From NCBI GenBank assembly GCA_050084515.1, contig CM114271.1:20274001-20338000 (forward strand): a stretch of DNA of 64,000 bases, in the 5' to 3' direction. Both the position numbers and the translations under genes were made by a program. The notes below the pieces were generated by a model. The model saw nothing but the letters and a program-made list of their open reading frames with translations, made no database searches and was not told the origin of the DNA. Positions 14,260 through 26,100 of this stretch are shown here, piece by piece. Every line of letters starts with the position of its first letter. Position 1 is the first letter of the stretch. The stretch is from Blasia pusilla (lineage: Eukaryota).

Positions 14260-14448
14260 TAGAGGAGATACTAGGTAGGTTTCGATTTCGACTTGTTCTG
14301 TGACATGGATGACAGGAAGGCGACAAATGATGAGGCCACATGAGCACCCGGCCTTCTTGCTCTTAGCATCCGAGAGATGTGTGTTATGGTAGGTAAGGAT
14401 TGATGGCTATATGGAGTTAGAGGGACCTAACCACCAGCTAGGGGGGCG

Positions 14449-15220
14449 ATTTGAGATATTTTAGTACTTCTTGTCTCGTTGTTTGGATGCCATGAGTTAG
14501 TATGGGATCGTGCATGTTTGTGTGTGTGTTTGGTGATAACGATGTATATTGTGTAGCCATGTGTATGCGCACGACAGTTGTCACGTCTTTTAGGATAGAT
14601 CGGTGAGATCTAGTAGAGAGCCTTTGTGAGTAGTGGAGGACACGTTCAGTAGGTCGAGGATCACCTACTGAGGCCCCAGGAAACCTAAGAGAGCAGGTTT
14701 CCCCTTCGTTTCGGCTCATTTGGAGCCATATTGAGAAGCTTACTATTTTAGGTAAGTGACATCTAGAGTATATGATCTACTTTCTATTTTTGGTAAGTGG
14801 CCCTTGACCTCCTATATCAGGTCAAGAGCCAAGGAGGTGACTTGGGAGAAAAGGTTACCATGGAGAGAGCTTGGGAGAGGGGAAGGGTATACCTCAAGGA
14901 GAGAGAGTTTGAGAACTCATTCTCTCTTTGTTGAACTTCTTAGCATGAGGCGGTGGAGCTATGGTCCCTTGCCTTGTGAGTGTAACCCAAGCCTCTCATT
15001 AGGAGAGTGGGTTTGGTTTGACATGAGAGAGAGTGCACATCTTTAAGAGTTATGGTGTGAGATGGTGTAGAGAGAGATTGGATCTTACTTTAATTGGAGA
15101 TATTTTAGTACTTCTTGTCTCGTTGTTTGGATGTCATGAATTAGCATGGGATCATGCGTGTTTGTGTGTGTGTTCGGTGACAGTGATGTATGTTGTGTAG
15201 CGATGTGTATGCGCACGACA
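14449..15220 (+). repeat. 3' terminal block B1-gt-A2-B2 of copy 1
   Basis: B1 14449-14576 and B2 15093-15220 are 128-bp direct repeats. A2 14579-15092 repeats A1. The block is preceded by the PPT TAGGGGGGCG. Confidence 0.9.
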
Positions 15221-16949
15221 ACTACTAGGTGCGATTGAGCCATTTTAGGTTCCTAGACTATAAAGGAAGTTTGTTCCAAATCTTGAAAGAATTTTCAATG
15301 TTGGGGAGTGAGGGGTGAGGTCACTCTCTAACCCTATATAGAAATAAAGAGGTTGAGGGGGAATCCAAGACCAAGACTCGAGAGAAGTAAGGTTGGTTGA
15401 ACCAAAACGTGGCTAATATGAGTGTGTTTGGATGTAGATCAACCATGTGAGTGTGACTTGTTGAACCTAATCATTCTTCTATGATTTCTTTACGACTTAG
15501 TTATGACGGTCTTGCGAGTTGTTTGAGAGTGCTTTGCAAGTAATTTTTTTGGGACTACTTGGACTTGGAAGGATCCGCAAATGACTCGTATAGATGGGAA
15601 AAAGTCAAGAGTCACTTATGAGCATCTAAGGAACATTTTGTGATTAAACTATGACTGAATTGCTAAGGTAAGAAATCAAACAAGTGGTCTCGCTATCGAT
15701 GTGATGGTGTAAATAACCAAATAAAGATGATAGTTTTTAGCCTCACATAGCAAAGCCTTCATGAGTGTGTGCTCATGCAACAAGTGCCTACAACACAAAG
15801 TTTTGAGATGTTATGAATAATGAGATGAAGGCCAAGAGTCTACATAGCGCCTCTTGGCTTCAAATCCTAAATGGATACATGAAGGATAGGGGATTGTAAC
15901 AGAAAGAATATGTAGCACATATAGAGTAAGGCACAAGTGGGCTTTCATGAGTACCATCTCTAACTCAAGATGGATCATCTAGGAAAATTTCACAATAATT
16001 CTATAATTGTTGAAGAATGATACTAATGGGGGTTTCGAATATTGAACAACTTGATGAAGGGTAGATCTAGAGGGATAAAAATAGAGTGACATGAATGTGT
16101 CTTGTGACATCCAATAAATCATCTTTATATTGATTCCATAATCTCTACTCCAACATTATATGCCTTCTCCTCTCAAAATTATAATTTATCTATGTATACA
16201 CTTGCCCCAACTCTTAGAGGGGGTATATGAGGAATATGCATGCATAGTGGATCCTTCCATCCTAGTAGTTAATGATGGTCTACATAAAAGCATTTCTACC
16301 CTTATGATGTGTAGAAGTAAGTCTTGTCTCTCTTTGGATTATGTCATTTTAAAACACTTGTGTGCACTCGTCCCATGCGTTGGATTATTAAGGACCTTGT
16401 AGTCATATCCAATACTATCCACATAAAAATACGAGTGTAAGCTTGTGCGATGCACAAGTTGAAATTACCTCTCAGAATTAACTCTCAAGTGTCACTTTAA
16501 GTAAATTTTGAATGATCCTATTGGTCGAGAAGATGAACGATTCTATTGCCTAGAAGTGCCACATATAAAGAAGAGAGGAGTTTGCAAAATGAATGACACA
16601 CTCTCCAATAATAATAGATTGTATCCTACATGACAAGAGTAGCCTAAGCCCGTGTGATGCAAGAGTTTATTTTCAATCAATTTTGAGGTATCCTATTGGT
16701 TTAGAAGGCAAGTGATTCCTATTTGCGGTGTATTTCCAAGTGCCAAGTGTTAAGAGGAGAGGAGTTTGCAAAATGAAAAGGCACTCTCCAATAACCAATG
16801 TGCGGCCTTGAGAGGGGGGAATTTGAGAGGACAATTAATTATTATACTCGTGTGAAGGACACGAGGATAGGCTGGATAGTGAGAAAAATAAACCAAGTGC
16901 ATGTAAAGGCCATAAAAATATAGATAAGGGTATGGAACATATAGAAGTT

Positions 16950-19900
16950 GAGTTCAATCACCATGGAGTTCTCTCCAACCCTAATAGATTTAATACCAAA
17001 CAAGTACTCAAATATTAATTATATCTATAATTTTGGTTTGACTTGTTATACCATATCTTTAGTAGTCTCAATAATCAAGGGATCATCAATATACTACACA
17101 ATGACAACCATATGGTCTTGTCCTCTCAAGACACATAGTGAGGAATCAGAATGAAAAACCCTAAACCCTAACTCTTGTAGGATATATGTAATCTTGTCAT
17201 ACCAAACTCTTAAAGTTTGCTTGAGCTTGTATGGACCTTTCTTTAACTTGCATACACGAAATGGAAACTCTATATGCTCATATGTAAATGGATCAGTTCT
17301 TTATCTCTTTTCATGCAGATCCCCATTCAAAAAGGCATTCTTAATATCTTGACATCCATGTGATGTAGCCTCCACAGTCTTTTTACTTATTATAACTGCA
17401 ACCATTGTTCTTGTAACCGCTAACTGTGCAACACGACTAAATATCTCTTCATAATCGATATTATATTTTTGTGCATAGCCATTGGCTATTAATCTGGTTT
17501 TGTATATGTTCTCTATATCATATTGATTGTGCTTCGCTTTTTTAATCTATTTGCAACCAATAACTTCCTTACGAAAGACAAATCAACCACCTCCCTAGTC
17601 TCTTGATGTCTTAATGTAGTAAGCTCTTCCTCCATAGCTTCAATTCATTCAACCTTATATGCAACTTCTTCAAGATAACCTTGTTCTTATTCGTAAAGGG
17701 CAATCATCATATATGTATAGTGTATTGCAAGGAATCCTTCACTTATGAATATATGAACATGACGTATGACTCTATTTAATCTACAAAGTTATTTTTTGAA
17801 AGTTGGATGCCTCTGACATTTAACTTGAGCTCTGAATAGTGTCAATAAAATGAATACGTACTCTTCTTGACCATGGATATTTAGATTTAACTGAAGAGTC
17901 TAGGACCTCATCTAACCTTGCACTAATACTTAGGAAATTAGTGGTAATGTCTCTTGGTTTGAAATCATATTCTTCCCCTCAACAGACAAGTTTAAAAGGG
18001 AATAAGCTTAGATGGAGCATACCATGACTTCAGCTCATAAAAAGTAACATCACGACTAATAATAAGTGGCCTAGAGGATGGAATGTAGCTCTTATACCCC
18101 ATAGTTCCATTAGCGGAGCGAATAAAGATGCATCTCTGAAATTTGGGATCTGATTTTTAACATTTTTTAAAATAAATATGAGCATAACAATACAACCAAA
18201 GATTTTTAGGAATGAAAAATCATGTTAACTTCTTGTGAAGACTTCGAATGGAGTCTTATCAAGAACTCGTATTGTTAGAGTTCAGTTCATTAAGAAGATT
18301 GAGCATGCTAGAACTTCTACCCAATACACTTTATATATGCTCTTCTCATTCAACATAGCGCGTACCGCCTCGACAATATGTCGATTCTTCCGCTCAACCA
18401 CTCCATTTTATTGTTGGGTGAAACAACAAGTGACTTGTCATTAAATGTAATTTTGACACAAGTAATCATCAAACTCTATTAAAAGGTATTATCCTCCTGC
18501 ATCACAACGCAATTTGGGAATTTGCTTCTCTAGAAAAATTCTGAATCTCTAGAACACTGAGAATACTTATGACTTCACTTTTAGAAAGTATATCCATATA
18601 TACCTATAAAAGTCATTAATAAATGAAACAAAGTATTGGAAACCACTAAGGCTATGTTATGATATTGTCCACACATCATTATGAATCAATTCCAATATTT
18701 TGGATATTTTATTATCTTGCTTTGGAAATGGAACCCTTGCTTGTTTTTCAAATTGGCTTGAAATCACATCAAACTCTAGTGAAAGGTATTATCCTCTTCC
18801 ATCAAAAAGCTTGTGAGGTCGTGTGATTTAATACATTAGAGTCGATGTACCAATATGATGTTTAGTCTTTCTTCACCATTTCTCCCATATGATTAGTCAT
18901 GACTAAGAGGTATTTAGTTTGTTAATGTTGTCATTCTTGATAATCACTAGGTATTGTTGCTCCACATAGTTTTATTGTTGTAAGGCTTCCGTTCTCATAT
19001 CTACTTTCTTCTTGAAGAAAAATTTTGCATAGTGACCCTTTATCCCATAATAATTGTACAATCTAAGGATCCTCTACTGATGACCTCAACCCTAACGGTT
19101 TTCATCTTTACCACCTTGTAGTTATTTTTTATATTGGTTCACATTTGATTGAGTGAAGTTATGTTGAGTTTCTCTTCCTCCATATTCTTGATATCCACCA
19201 CGACCACAGAAGTTTCTACCACGACCTCTAACGCAATCTCTTGCATACTATGCGAGCTATTACTACCGACTAGGAACATCTTCTCACTAACTCGCTCACT
19301 AATTAACAATATGACTAACTCTTGAAATGTTGGATTTTTCCATCTCATACAGATACAGATCTCAAAAGACTTGTAATCTTTTGAAAAGATTTGAAAAATG
19401 AACATAATGAGATGATCATCTTCTATAGTCTCTCCAATGCTATTCAACTAATCAAGGATATGTCTAATACTCAAAACATAATCATTAATATTTTGCAATC
19501 CTTTCCTCACTTTTTCAATTATTGTTTCAATTAAAGTTTTTGGCCTTTGTAGATGTCTAGAAAAACTTTGAAAAAACATCATAAGCCTGCTTCAGAATAT
19601 CAACATCTTGAATGTGACTAATCATTGACGAACTGATTGTTATTGAATTTAGAACAAATGCGCAAGGCAAGTAGTCAACATCTTAAATGTGACTAATCAT
19701 TGTCGAATTGATTATTATTGAACATTCAAGTCTCATGAGTCACTTTCTAGTTTGGCCCCATCACATGTAACAAGCTCCCAAAGTTCTTGATCCATGAGAA
19801 ATTTATTCATGCAAAACTTCCAAACATTGTAATTTTACTTATCTAGCTTCTCGCTTTTAATCGCTACTGACCTGAGATTTTCCAAAATTGATCTATTGTA

Positions 19901-21150
19901 TCAAAGAACAAGCCAAAATTGGCCATAGAGAGCAAACTACACAACTTTTCTTCACTAATTGCACTCTCCTCCATTAACATTGTAGAAGCTTAGAATGTTA
20001 GAATCAAATGATTTTGGATGTGTTGGAAAGCTCTCAACGAGCTCTACTCGATGGTGAGAACTAGCCGTTTGTATCGTTCTAACCAACGCGGATCCAAATT
20101 TCTGAATCGACCAGAAAAGCCCTAAAACATGCCTCCAAAGTTTTATCATCGTCACAATTCCACTTGCAATCTTCTACCATTGAACTGTGAGTGAAATTTC
20201 TTTGCCCAAAACTGAAAATTTTCCTTCTCTTGCCTCTCTTCTTTATTCAAACATCAAGAATTTAGATTGATGTTCTCCTACCGCTTTGATACCATGTAGA
20301 AAATTGTTAAACAAGCATAATTGATGCGATACAACTCCACGACAACTATCACGTCTTTTAGGATATATCGGTGAGATGTAGTAGAGCGCCTTCGTGAGTA
20401 GTGGAGGACAGGCTTAGTAGGTTGAGGATGACTTGCTGAGGTCCTGAAAAACTTGAGAGAGTAGGTTTCCCCTTCGTTTCGGCTCATTTGGGTGAGAGGG
20501 GTATACCTCAAGGGAGAGAGCTTGAGAGCTCATTCTCTCTTTGTTGAACCTCTTGGCATGAGGCGGCGGAGCTATGGTCCCTTGCCTTGTGAGTGTAACC
20601 CAAGCCTCTCATTAGGAGAGTGGGTTTAGTTTGACATGAGAGAAAGTGCACACCTTTGAGAGCTATGGTGTAAGATGGTATAGAGAGATTGGATCTTACT
20701 TTATTAGAGATATTTTGGCACTTCTCGCCTTTGTGTATGGATGCCATGAGTTAGCATGGGATCGTGTGTGTTTGCGTGTGTGTTCGGTGACAGCGATGTA
20801 TATTGTGTAGCGATCTGTATGCGCACAACACATACACACACGCCACCATGGAAAATTTTTATAAGAGAATGAGTGAAGGTTCCCTTCTCAATTATACAGA
20901 GTATGTGCAATCAACCCTAACCTTAATTCTAACCATAGGCTCGAGTTATGTTAATTGTGATGAATTAACCCTAGTTAAGATTATCGCATTTAGTTAACTA
21001 ACCAAGATTAAGCTTTCCTATTTCATATGAGAACCAAATATAACAGTTCGTGTATCTAATGAGCTTGAATATAACTTAGTCTTTAATATCTACGACCTAC
21101 AACAACCAATTAATAAATTATTAGTTATATGCACAAGTAGGATTTCAACA
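16950..21150 (-). mobile_element. degenerate Ty1/copia element: 5' LTR, PBS, gag, integrase, partial RT
   Basis: LTR 21150-20295 (TG...CA on the minus strand), followed by iMet-type PBS TGGTATCAAAG (20294-20284). Gag-like ORF 19139-19447. Integrase-like segment reads QNGVVERKNRHIVE on the minus strand at ~18370-18410. RT-like remnants at 17000-17650. Truncated downstream. Confidence 0.8.
20347..20830 (+). mobile_element. solo A-B terminal unit of DNMT-gypsy family 1, inserted in the copia LTR
   Basis: Matches 14579-15220 with an internal deletion. Ends GCGCACAACA and is preceded by the junction remnant CACGACA-AC. Confidence 0.85.
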
Positions 21151-21601
21151 TAATGAATTATGGTTTATAGAAAATTTTGGTAGTTTTGAAATGACCAATG
21201 AAGTTCTTATGTGTTTTCAATTGATATGTTGGGGTTCCTCTCTTTCCTTCCACAGACTTGAGGATAAGCTTGTCTACTAAGAAATCAAATTCTCTTCAGT
21301 TTTGCACTTCCATGAAGGAATGTTACGGCAATTTCACGATGAAAGTGCTTAAAAGGCCCCCCAAGAAAGTAATATTGAGCTAGTAAAATAAGCTTAGCTT
21401 ACACTTGTGAGAAAACTTTTGGAAATCATGATAGGGCTCATTGGCTCGTCATCCACATCTCTCACTCCCATAATCGACCAAATCTTGTGTGACAACTTAA
21501 TGTGGTATGGTTGACATACCTCTTATATATACAATGCCTCTTAAGAAACTTCATCTGTTTTTACTTTCATCAATGTATTTCAATAATTTCTTTTATTGGA
21601 A

Positions 21602-21916
21602 TATCACGTCTTTTAGGACAGATCAACGAGTATCCATGGGGCCTTTGAGGAGACTAGGGAATAACCTTAAGAGGTCAAGGGTAGCCTACATAGATCTAGT
21701 GCAACTTAAGAGAGTAGGTTTCCTCTTTGTTTTGGCTCATTTTGAGCTATATTGAGCAACTTGTTATTTTGGTAAGTTCCTATTAAGATTATAGTTTAAT
21801 TTCTACTTTTAGAAATAACCCTTTATCCCCTATTGCAGGTCAAGAGCCAAAGAGATAACTTGTGAGCACATGTTACTATGAAAAGAGCTTGGGGAGAGGG
21901 AGGAGGCCGGTGTACC

Positions 21917-22010
<94 letters not shown>

Positions 22011-22570
22011 TGGACCTCATTCTCTCAAGCTCTTTGTTGAACCTCTTTGGCATGAGGCATGAAGCTATGGTCATAATTTTGTTGTGAGCAGCCCAAGCTT
22101 CTTATTAGGAGGGTGGGTTTGGTTTGATATAAGAAAAAGATTGAGATTATGTACATGATTTGAGAGATCTTGATTTACAAAGAGAGAAGGTTTATAATGT
22201 GGGAGTTGTGAAGCGATAACTTGCTAGTCTTTCCTTGTGTTTTCATAAGGAAAATGTAAATTGGAGATTGGCTTTTCCACTCAACGGCTCATGGGAGTGC
22301 TCAGCGGAGCAAGAGATATTGATTTTTGTTATTTATAAGCCCATTTTTCGTGCATGAGAGATGTGCACGGTAACCATTCCTAATTTTGTGTAGGAACATA
22401 TTGAGTATGGGAACCAAGATCACCATGTTGGGGCTCTTGGGAGCACCCTTTAGGTTACTAGATTAATTTTTTATGTCTCTAGAGTTTTTTGTGGATGAAA
22501 TCATCGCAGAAGCCTTGTCAATTTTTTCGTAGAAGTTGAGGTGATAGGATATATGTCAATTGCCACCAAC
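21602..22570 (+). mobile_element. diverged 5' fragment (A repeat, PBS, 5' UTR) related to family 1
   Basis: Starts TATCACGTCTTTTAGG like 5275 and is collinear with 5275-6230. Contains a (GA)n expansion. Confidence 0.7.
21921..22007. repeat. (GA)n microsatellite
   Basis: Perfect GA run, expanded from the short GA tract in repeat A. Confidence 0.95.
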
Positions 22571-23147
22571 TTCAAATGGAAGGGACGATGAAGGATCTGA
22601 TTGGAGAACGGTATAGATCAAGAAGCTAATATGCACGTAAAGAAAAGCCATGCTGTCACATCTGAGTAGCCGATAGGCCGAGATCTATCGTGAATAGGGC
22701 GTAGGAGCCAGCGGACTATCTTGAGTGTTACTTTGTCCCACGCTGTCAGATGAGGTTGAGGATAGGTCCATTATGTTAGGAACGTCGTTTTTGACAACTT
22801 TCATGTTGAGGTCTTTCACAACCGGGTGACTTGTTGACCAGGTCACCCGCCCCTGGTAACCTGTGCGCGCGGGTTACCAAGGGGAGGGCTATTTTTAGGG
22901 GAAGAGCCTTTTGGCTCTTCCCAATCCTATATAAGAGAGAAAGATGGCTTTCTTAAGCCATCTTTCTCATGTTGGGCCGTTGGAGCACCTCCCTTGTATG
23001 TGTGTGAGATAGGACTAGGATGCTAGCGTCCGGATTCCTTGTTAGCACAGGATAGACGAGGCTCGATATGTCGATATGGATTGAGGAGTGGAGTTTTAGG
23101 CCGGGTGTGCCGTTTTTTCTGCTCTTTATTTTTACATGAGAAAGATG

Positions 23148-26100
23148 ACATGGCACACAATTGTGCACATGATCCTTCCAAACCATACCATCCCGTCCCT
23201 CCAACATGAGGACTCTGGTCGGTAATACATCGCGCACACGTAGGATTGTGCGCCCTGCAGTGACATCTAGCGTCGTGGGTGCCGCCTGCTGTAAATACAC
23301 GTAATCTCCGGGATGAAACCTCCTAATCCCTCGACGATAACCTCCTCCACGAATGGTCACGTACCTCAATGTATCTCTATGCTGAGCAATAGCTAAGTTC
23401 TCAAAGGCCATAGGCATAACTCTACAAAAAACCTCCGCCCTTTGAGAACATGCTTGTATCCACACATCTGGATCATCAAGATCTAACACCTCCGCCATGT
23501 CACGTCGAATCGCTGTAGGTAAATCTGGCTCTCTCCCAAAGAGCAAAAAGTAAGGTGAAAATGACGCCAAAGATGCCTGCCGACTAAAGTGATAACCCAT
23601 AGCCAACCATAGCAACTGTAGGTCCCACTGCCTCAACTGTCCCCATTGCAAGCCATACTTGCGCAATCCTCTCTTCACCGTCTGTACTACTCTCTCCGCC
23701 AACCCATCCGCCTCAGGATGATCTCTGGACGTGGTGCGGTGATCTATCTGCGCCTAATCACACAAGGCCTGAAACTCTCCCCTGAACTCGGTACCCTGGT
23801 CAGTCAACACCTCTGCCAGTGCACCAAAGTGACAAAGCACATGATCTAGAAACGCATAAGTTGTTCCCTTGCTCGCCTTGTCTAGTAGTGCCACCAACTC
23901 TATCCACTTGGAGAAATGCTCCACCATGACCAACACGTACCTATGATGACGCCCCATCAATGGCAAAGGTCCCGCAAAGTCTAAACTCCATCGATAACCT
24001 AAACCCATAATCGGCAAAGGATGTAACTGTGGAGTGGGAGCATTGAAGGATGATTGCACTTTGTCATATACCATACATCTGGCTACAAACTGCTGTATCC
24101 CAATATGCATGCCGCGCCACCAATACTGAACCTGGAGTAAGCTGTAAGTACGCTTTACTCCGAAATGTCCCAACTCCTCATGGGCATGTTGCACTACACG
24201 TGCTCGCTAGGAAGGATGAGGTACCACTCGTATCCTACCATCTCCCCATACCCACAAAATGTGAGTCCCCTCCCACCTGAACCTCTTGGCTCTCTGTAGG
24301 ATCCGATCCCGCTCCCTAGCACTCATTGTATTCGCTATGACGCCAATGTGCAAGAACTCCACAACCTCCACGTTGTCATGGATATCACGACCACCTGTCG
24401 CCTCCTCACTAACCTCCGGATCCAAAGACTCATCATCCAACCCCACCACTCGAGTCATCACCTGTGGCTGACCTGCCATAGTCAACCAACAAAGATAGAC
24501 AGATGCATGCCAACCGGGCACCATCTCCTCATCACTCTATCCGTGTCATCGAGCTCCTGTGTTGTCTCTCAAACTCGCACATAGGTTATGACTCAACCCA
24601 TCTGCATCTTGGTTCAGCCGACCTGGCCTATGAACCACCTCAAACTCATACTCCTGTAGTAATAGAGCCCACCTGGCAAGCTTTCCCGTAAGCTTGTCGG
24701 ACTCCATCAACCACCTCAACGGCTGATGATCAGTGATAAGTGTGAAAGGATTGCCGAATAAATAGCACCTGAAATGTGCCACGGTCCACACTGCAGCCAA
24801 GCACTCTCCCTCGTAGGAGCTGTACTTCGTCTTTGCAATGTTGTTCGATCGGCTCGCGTAAGCCATAACAAACTCCCTCTCCTCGTCATCCCTCTGAGTA
24901 AGCACTGCTCCTAGATCCAACATGCTCCAATACGTATGTAACTGGAATGGGCGACCCCTAATCGGTCTCTGTAAAATGGGTGAGGACATCAACCTATCCT
25001 TGAGCTTCTGAAATGCTCACTCCTGATCATCTCCCCACAACCAAACCTGATCAAGTCTCGTCAACAAGGTCAAAGACTTTGCGATCGCACTTAAACCCTT
25101 GACATACCGTCGATATAAGTTCCCCAGTCCAAGAAATGCTCGGACTCGACTCACATCTGTAGGGCATGGAATCTACGCAATAGCCTCTACCTTTGTCTGC
25201 TGAACGCCTAACCCACTCGGGTATATGGTGTGTCCCAAGTACTCAATCTACTCCTGAAAGAATCTGCACTTGCCTGGATGTAACTTTAGTGCATATAACT
25301 GCAATTGCCGAAACACCTCCTCCAAGTGTCACTCATGCTCCTCAAATGTGGAACTGAAGATAAGAATATCATCTATGTAACATCGTACAAAATCCAAGCC
25401 AATCAGAATCCTATCCATCACTCTCTGAAACTCTGCAGGCGCGTTCTTCAACCCAAATGGTAAGAACCGCCACTGATATAAGCAATCTCTCCTGAACCGA
25501 TCGATCCTCCAGAATGTTGTCTTCTCCCTGTCCTCCAACCTTATAAGAAGCTGATGATAGCCAACACGGAGATCTAAAGTACTCAAGATCTTTGCATGCC
25601 CTACCGCATCAAAGATCTCCTCAGAAGTAGGCATGGCGTACCGATCTGACCTCGTCTGTCGGTTGATAGGACGGTAATCTCCACACATCCGCCTATCCGT
25701 CCAATTGCCATACATATCCTTCTTCGCCGGCATGACTATGGCAGATGCATACTCCCCATGTGATAACTCCACAAGTCCTGACTCCTGCTCTGAATTAAGG
25801 CTCGCTCCATATCAGAATACCTGTAGGGTCGACGAAAGATCGGCGTATCACTAGCCAACTCAATCTGTATCCCGAGATCCTTCAACGTATCCAAGTCTCT
25901 CATACTGAAGGCAAAACAATTGACATGCCCTCTCAAAAACCTATGAACTCGCCGTCGCTCTCCTCCTATCAACTTGAGACCTATCATAGTCTCCCAAGTC
26001 TCCATTGTGACCTCACTCGGAGAGGACGCAACCTCCGGCTTTGGTTGCTATGTAGCAACCCTAGCCACCTCCACAATAGCCACTCCACTTTGACCTCCTA

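Larger units (their letters stand above)
7259..14262 (+). pseudogene. gag-pol polyprotein pseudogene: gag (CCHC) - aspartic protease - C5 DNA methyltransferase - RT - RNase H - integrase - PHD
   Basis: CDYCQRYGHTRARC knuckle at ~8165; LLDSGAQP at ~9180; RT RMCGDYRPIN, LPFGLKNAP, YIDD (11384-12013); RNase H VAYASRS, DHQPLKWL; integrase HHCC zinc finger, WSLDFA, VLTDQ, GLAERVV (13018-13686). Broken by many stops and frameshifts. Confidence 0.92.

Noticed and set aside
16504-16792. Degenerate ~110-bp direct repeat pair sharing GAGAGGAGTTTGCAAAATGAA
   Set aside because: Only two diverged units with no defined ends; probably old TE subrepeats.
21823-22087. ORFs with poly-(ER) or poly-(SL)
   Set aside because: These are translations of the (GA)n microsatellite.
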